Source of the DNA: Tubiluchus corallicola
Taxonomy: Eukaryota; Animalia; Priapulida
Assembly (NCBI GenBank): GCA_030141605.1
Contig: JAQGDQ010000047.1
Span: 124,001 to 188,000, forward strand
Reading direction: 5' to 3'
DNA length: 64,000 nt
A program made the translations under genes and the position numbers. The notes under the pieces were generated by a model. The model ran no database searches, was not told the origin of the DNA, and was given only the letters and a program-made list of their open reading frames with translations. Of this stretch, positions 46,226 to 64,000 are shown in pieces. Positions within the stretch are counted from its first letter, which is position 1. Each line of letters begins with the position of its first letter.

Positions 46226-48225
46226 TAATCAAGACAAGAGAACCACCTACCAAAATGGTGGCCAGTGGTCATATTCCTATGAATTATCTATCCAACGAGG
46301 CGTGGCTCACAACTGCCAATTTAGACTTCAACATAAGGCTCGGTGTTTTCATTTTCTAGACTGCTTATTAAACTTTATTTTAAATCCTGTGAAAATCAGT
46401 TAAATTTGAGGTGATTATATGGCAAATGATACAATGCAAGTGAAATCAGTTGCAACGTGCGGGAAAAATATCAACATTAAGCGCACTAAAAATACGGCAC
46501 ATTGTGACTGTCTGCCGTCCTCGATACATTACGTGATTTTCAATGATTCTGATAGTCCTTAGTTAATGCGTTGTGTCACGGTCGTGTTTAGCAGATTTAA
46601 ACGAATAGCCATTTAACAGTAATAATACGTTTACGTGGCATTTGAAAAACTATTAGCTATATTTGAAATGTATTGTATTGAACCTGTCATTAATAACTAA
46701 TTAACCGAATTTGGTAAACGTTATGAACTTGTGGCTCCACCTATTGGGAGCTCAACAAAGAAATGTTACAGTTCAACTTTTTGGACCAAATTCTGGCTTC
46801 ATGATCTCATACCTATAGTACCGCTGTGATTGGATGATTAACTGGGTCACGACAGGGATGACTTGAGAGATGCAGATTATTCCACGATGTTACGGATAGT
46901 GGTTTAATGGCCGACTCAGCTAAAAGGCCAATTGATTTTGTCTTTGTCGGGGCGTTGGCCGACAAGACATCGCTTCTGATACTTTTATAATCAACTTCAT
47001 GACTTGCAATAGCTACGTGGATTGAATTGTTCACACTACCAGTCATTATCTTGAGTAGACAGAACGTGAGGTATAAGTCTGGTATTTGGCAAATGACATT
47101 TTCCTGTGATGGGTATGCTTCCATGATGGTGGAGTTTTCAACCAAGACGACACAAAAAGTAGACTTCTAATATATTCTGAAAGCCTGGTACCTGACTCAT
47201 TAGGAGGAGACGTCGTCAGAAGAATCCTGGTGGTCTGTCATCTCATTAAGCCAGTCAAGCGAGGGGAACATTGGTGCAGTCGCCGTTGCCGACAAGACTG
47301 TTAGCAAAGTGATTCCAGCCACCTAAGTGTGTGAAACCCGGAACTTTACGGGAGACGTCCCGCTACGTGAAACGCTAGCAGACTGTTATTAAATGAGGGG
47401 TACCCCGCTGCTCTTGTGCAAGTTGTGAGTTCTTTTTCTTTATTGTTTTGAATTAATTAATTAATTATGCCAATTAAAGTGTTAAACCTAAGGCAAACAG
47501 TTTGTTTATTTATACTTTCTTGTGTTCACTGTTTCCGTTCACACTGTATCACCATTGGCCCATTCTCTGTACTTTAGGACGGACCGACCCCTCCTGCGCT
47601 TGTAAATGCCTTAGAATTTCAACAAATATTGCTGCTCTTTAACATTTGGAGTCACCGACCTGTTCAGCAATCCATCTTGACCTAAGTTGCCGGATCCAAG
47701 TTCGAGGCCCAGTTGAGCTAACAAAGAATTTCGTGACCCGAATGTTACACGTTGCATGTCAGTAATCACTAATATGGTTGTATCCGAGTCAGTGCGAGTA
47801 GCTACATGTTTTTTCATATTTGCGCCTCCTCCTAGCATGTTTGGTGATCGCCACTTAGTCGTTTGATACATTGTCCATACTGGTGAAGCAATCGGATTGG
47901 TTGTTTTATACGTTGCTCATACTAATCTTATCCAATATAATAATGCCTTGCAATTCTAGATACCGCCTGCAGAAATGTTGCACGTAGATGGTGTAGCGAT
48001 GAGATGACCAAGAGGCGGTACGTTGCTACACTACTCGCCTGTACGTTCCAACTGATTATTTGATACTCAGGTGTGCTGGTAAGGTTCGTGCAAATTTATA
48101 TTCCGGGCAAATATTGTTAATTTTGTGAACATATCGTACAGTTTTTGGTAACTTTAAAATGTTTCTAAGCTATGGAATTTTTCGTATAACTCTGTTTAAG
48201 TGAATAATATTGTTTCATTTGTTTT

Positions 48226-48277
48226 GTGGCCCCTGATGAAGCCCTGAGTAGAGAAAAACACGCTTCGTCAATGCCAC
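48226..48277 (+). ncRNA. Degenerate type I hammerhead-ribozyme-like motif (Penelope-associated type)
   Basis: gtggc-cc-CTGATGA-agccctgagtaga-GAAA-aacacgcttc-GTC-aat-gccac. Core boxes are in order and the outer helix I (gtggc/gccac) can pair, but helix II and inner helix I are disrupted. Confidence 0.45.
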
Positions 48278-49075
48278 TATACCGGTGAACAGCTGGGTAG
48301 CCTTTTGAACTCATTACCGACGATGGAGTAATGTTGCAGCTATAAAATCGCGACAGTTTGCACAGGTTCTGCATTTTGAAAACACGCGCCATGTACGGAA
48401 CACACATTTGGCAATTCTGCTTCAGTTCGACCTAACGTCCATTAAATTTAAAACTACTTTAAATATTTTAATTTCGTTTACAAAATAATAAGGCACTTTA
48501 ATGTATTCAATCCAAATGTTAAAGTAATCTATTAAACCTATTAAACCATTGCTTCTTGATTAGTAAGAACAGTTTCCCGTTTTTCTCAAAACAAGCTAAA
48601 GTTGTCTTTCTAGATACTTCCAAAAAAACGGGAGATACAACGTGGAGGGTAGGGCATTGAAAGTGCGAAACAGTATCGTACACCCACATTTACAGGACTG
48701 TACACCAGATTGGAGTCCTTTGTTTCCACTAATCAGAAAAGATTTTTAATTAATACACAAGACACCGAAGATCTGCTCCATTTCATCATTGTTAGATAAA
48801 GAACGTTGATTTAAATTGCCAAGTAAATATATTTCTCTTTTTCAAGAACAAATGAAAGCTACGCGATTTTATAACAAGTTTTTGCAATCCTTCTTCATCT
48901 TTCTTTCCAGCTTTTAGACCCGTCCCTCACCAAGCTTCAATCATGTTGCATTTTTTATTACAAGCAAGTTTTAATACGTTTTATATTGCCTCGCAGAAGA
49001 CTTACACATAGCGTTTAAATGTGCAGAATAATCAAAGTAATTAATAAAACAGCTAAACTGCTGCTTCTCATCAGC

Positions 49076-62968
<13,893 letters not shown>

Positions 62969-63504
62969 CTTACAAAACTAAGAACACTCACAAGCGTAGA
63001 CCTAGTAAAATCGCAAGGCATGTGAATTAGTCAGGTGCGTGCGCGTAAACATTCTTATCGTTTTGGAATATCTTATAGAGTTGTGACAGACAACTGACAA
63101 CTGCAGATAAAACTAAGCTGAGTAGAGTAAGAAAACTAAAGTTGAGCTGTACAATATTCGTTAGCAAGTTAGTACTTGAAATCTTAATGATTTTGAGTTT
63201 TCGTGAGTAAAAAAATGCGCAATTCGTTCATTTTAACACGTGAGCCAGTGGGCTGGACCTACCTGACGAAATTTCGACTAAACGAATGGAAGTAAGCGGT
63301 TGCAGACAAAAAGGAACGATAAAAATGCGATTACACTGTAGAGGCCGCCTGTATGCGTTGTACGCCAACCTGGACATTAGATCATACATCACGCGAGAAA
63401 AGATTCAAAGAAATCAGTACTTTGTTAACAGACAAGTAGAATAATTACTAAAACTGAAAATTAATAAGAACACAGTGTAATTGTCATAAGGTTCTAGAAC
63501 AGAT

Positions 63505-63630
63505 GAAAATGGCACAGGAAAAATGGCACGCTAAAAATGGCACAGGTAAAATGGCACGCTAAAAAATGACACAGGAAAAATGGCACAGGAAAAAATGTCA
63601 CAAATGGAAAATTAGGAAGAAATGGCACAT
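63505..63630. repeat. About 15-bp minisatellite (aaaaatggcacagg/gct), probably a transposon subterminal array
   Basis: About 8 copies of aaatg(g/a/t)cac at ~15-bp spacing. Confidence 0.8.
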
Positions 63631-64000
63631 GCACAAACTAGAATGTGCTCAGTAGAAAGAAGATCTCTGCCAAAGCCGAGTAATCTTAATTATATTTGCC
63701 CGATTCTTTTGATTAAGAAAATTAACAATGATGAACAAGCAAACATACAAAAATGTACCTGCATTTCTATTGTATAGACTAGTAAATGATTCAAAATATT
63801 TTTTCATTAAACAGATTTATAATCAATAATGCACGACTGTGCCATATAGTGTTTATCTACCTTTTAACAATTAATTTTGGCGTTGGTCATAATTGACTGA
63901 CAAATATATACATACTGAATCATCTTACAGGGCTATACACATTAATAAGCAAAGGCTATAGACAGCGTCACACAGTTTTACAAGTGAGATTTTCTCGAAA

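Noticed and set aside
45854-46359. ORFs of 124 and 166 aa (YYIIL repeats)
   Set aside because: Pentanucleotide microsatellite translations.
46574-47606. Possible solo LTR (starts TGTCAC, GC-richer middle, ATTAAA near 47473)
   Set aside because: No matching CA terminus with a TSD could be identified, and no PBS/PPT or internal ORF. It needs a repeat-library search.
63505-63630. CRISPR-like array
   Set aside because: Eukaryotic context and ~15-bp head-to-tail units without unique spacers; it is a minisatellite.

Overview
AT-rich, repeat-laden eukaryotic (metazoan) genomic DNA. An invertebrate, probably lophotrochozoan, source is inferred from the 5S-type sequence and TTAGGG-type repeats. Three host-gene blocks are visible. 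(1) An intronless-CDS ZMYND11/BS69 orthologue on + (10274-12271). (2) A convergent tandem array of five paralogous single-coding-exon C2H2 zinc-finger genes on - (16.4-37.5 kb). They share an N-terminal zinc module I do not recognise and a 7-finger array whose central fingers have diverged. Each is preceded by a splice acceptor 59-121 nt upstream of the conserved start, which suggests shared non-coding leader exons or trans-splicing. (3) An 11-exon M14A procarboxypeptidase on - (49076-62968), assembled by hand, with Arg at the S1' specificity position (CPO-like, acidic-residue specificity) but retaining a prodomain. The rest is decayed LINEs, several MITEs/non-autonomous DNA transposons with verifiable TIRs and TSDs, foldback elements and microsatellites. 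There is also a composite element made of a near-complete 5S rRNA head without a terminator fused to RTE-LINE-like body and tail (candidate 5S-derived bipartite SINE), and a degenerate Penelope-type hammerhead motif. No database searches or alignments were run; family assignments come from motif recognition.
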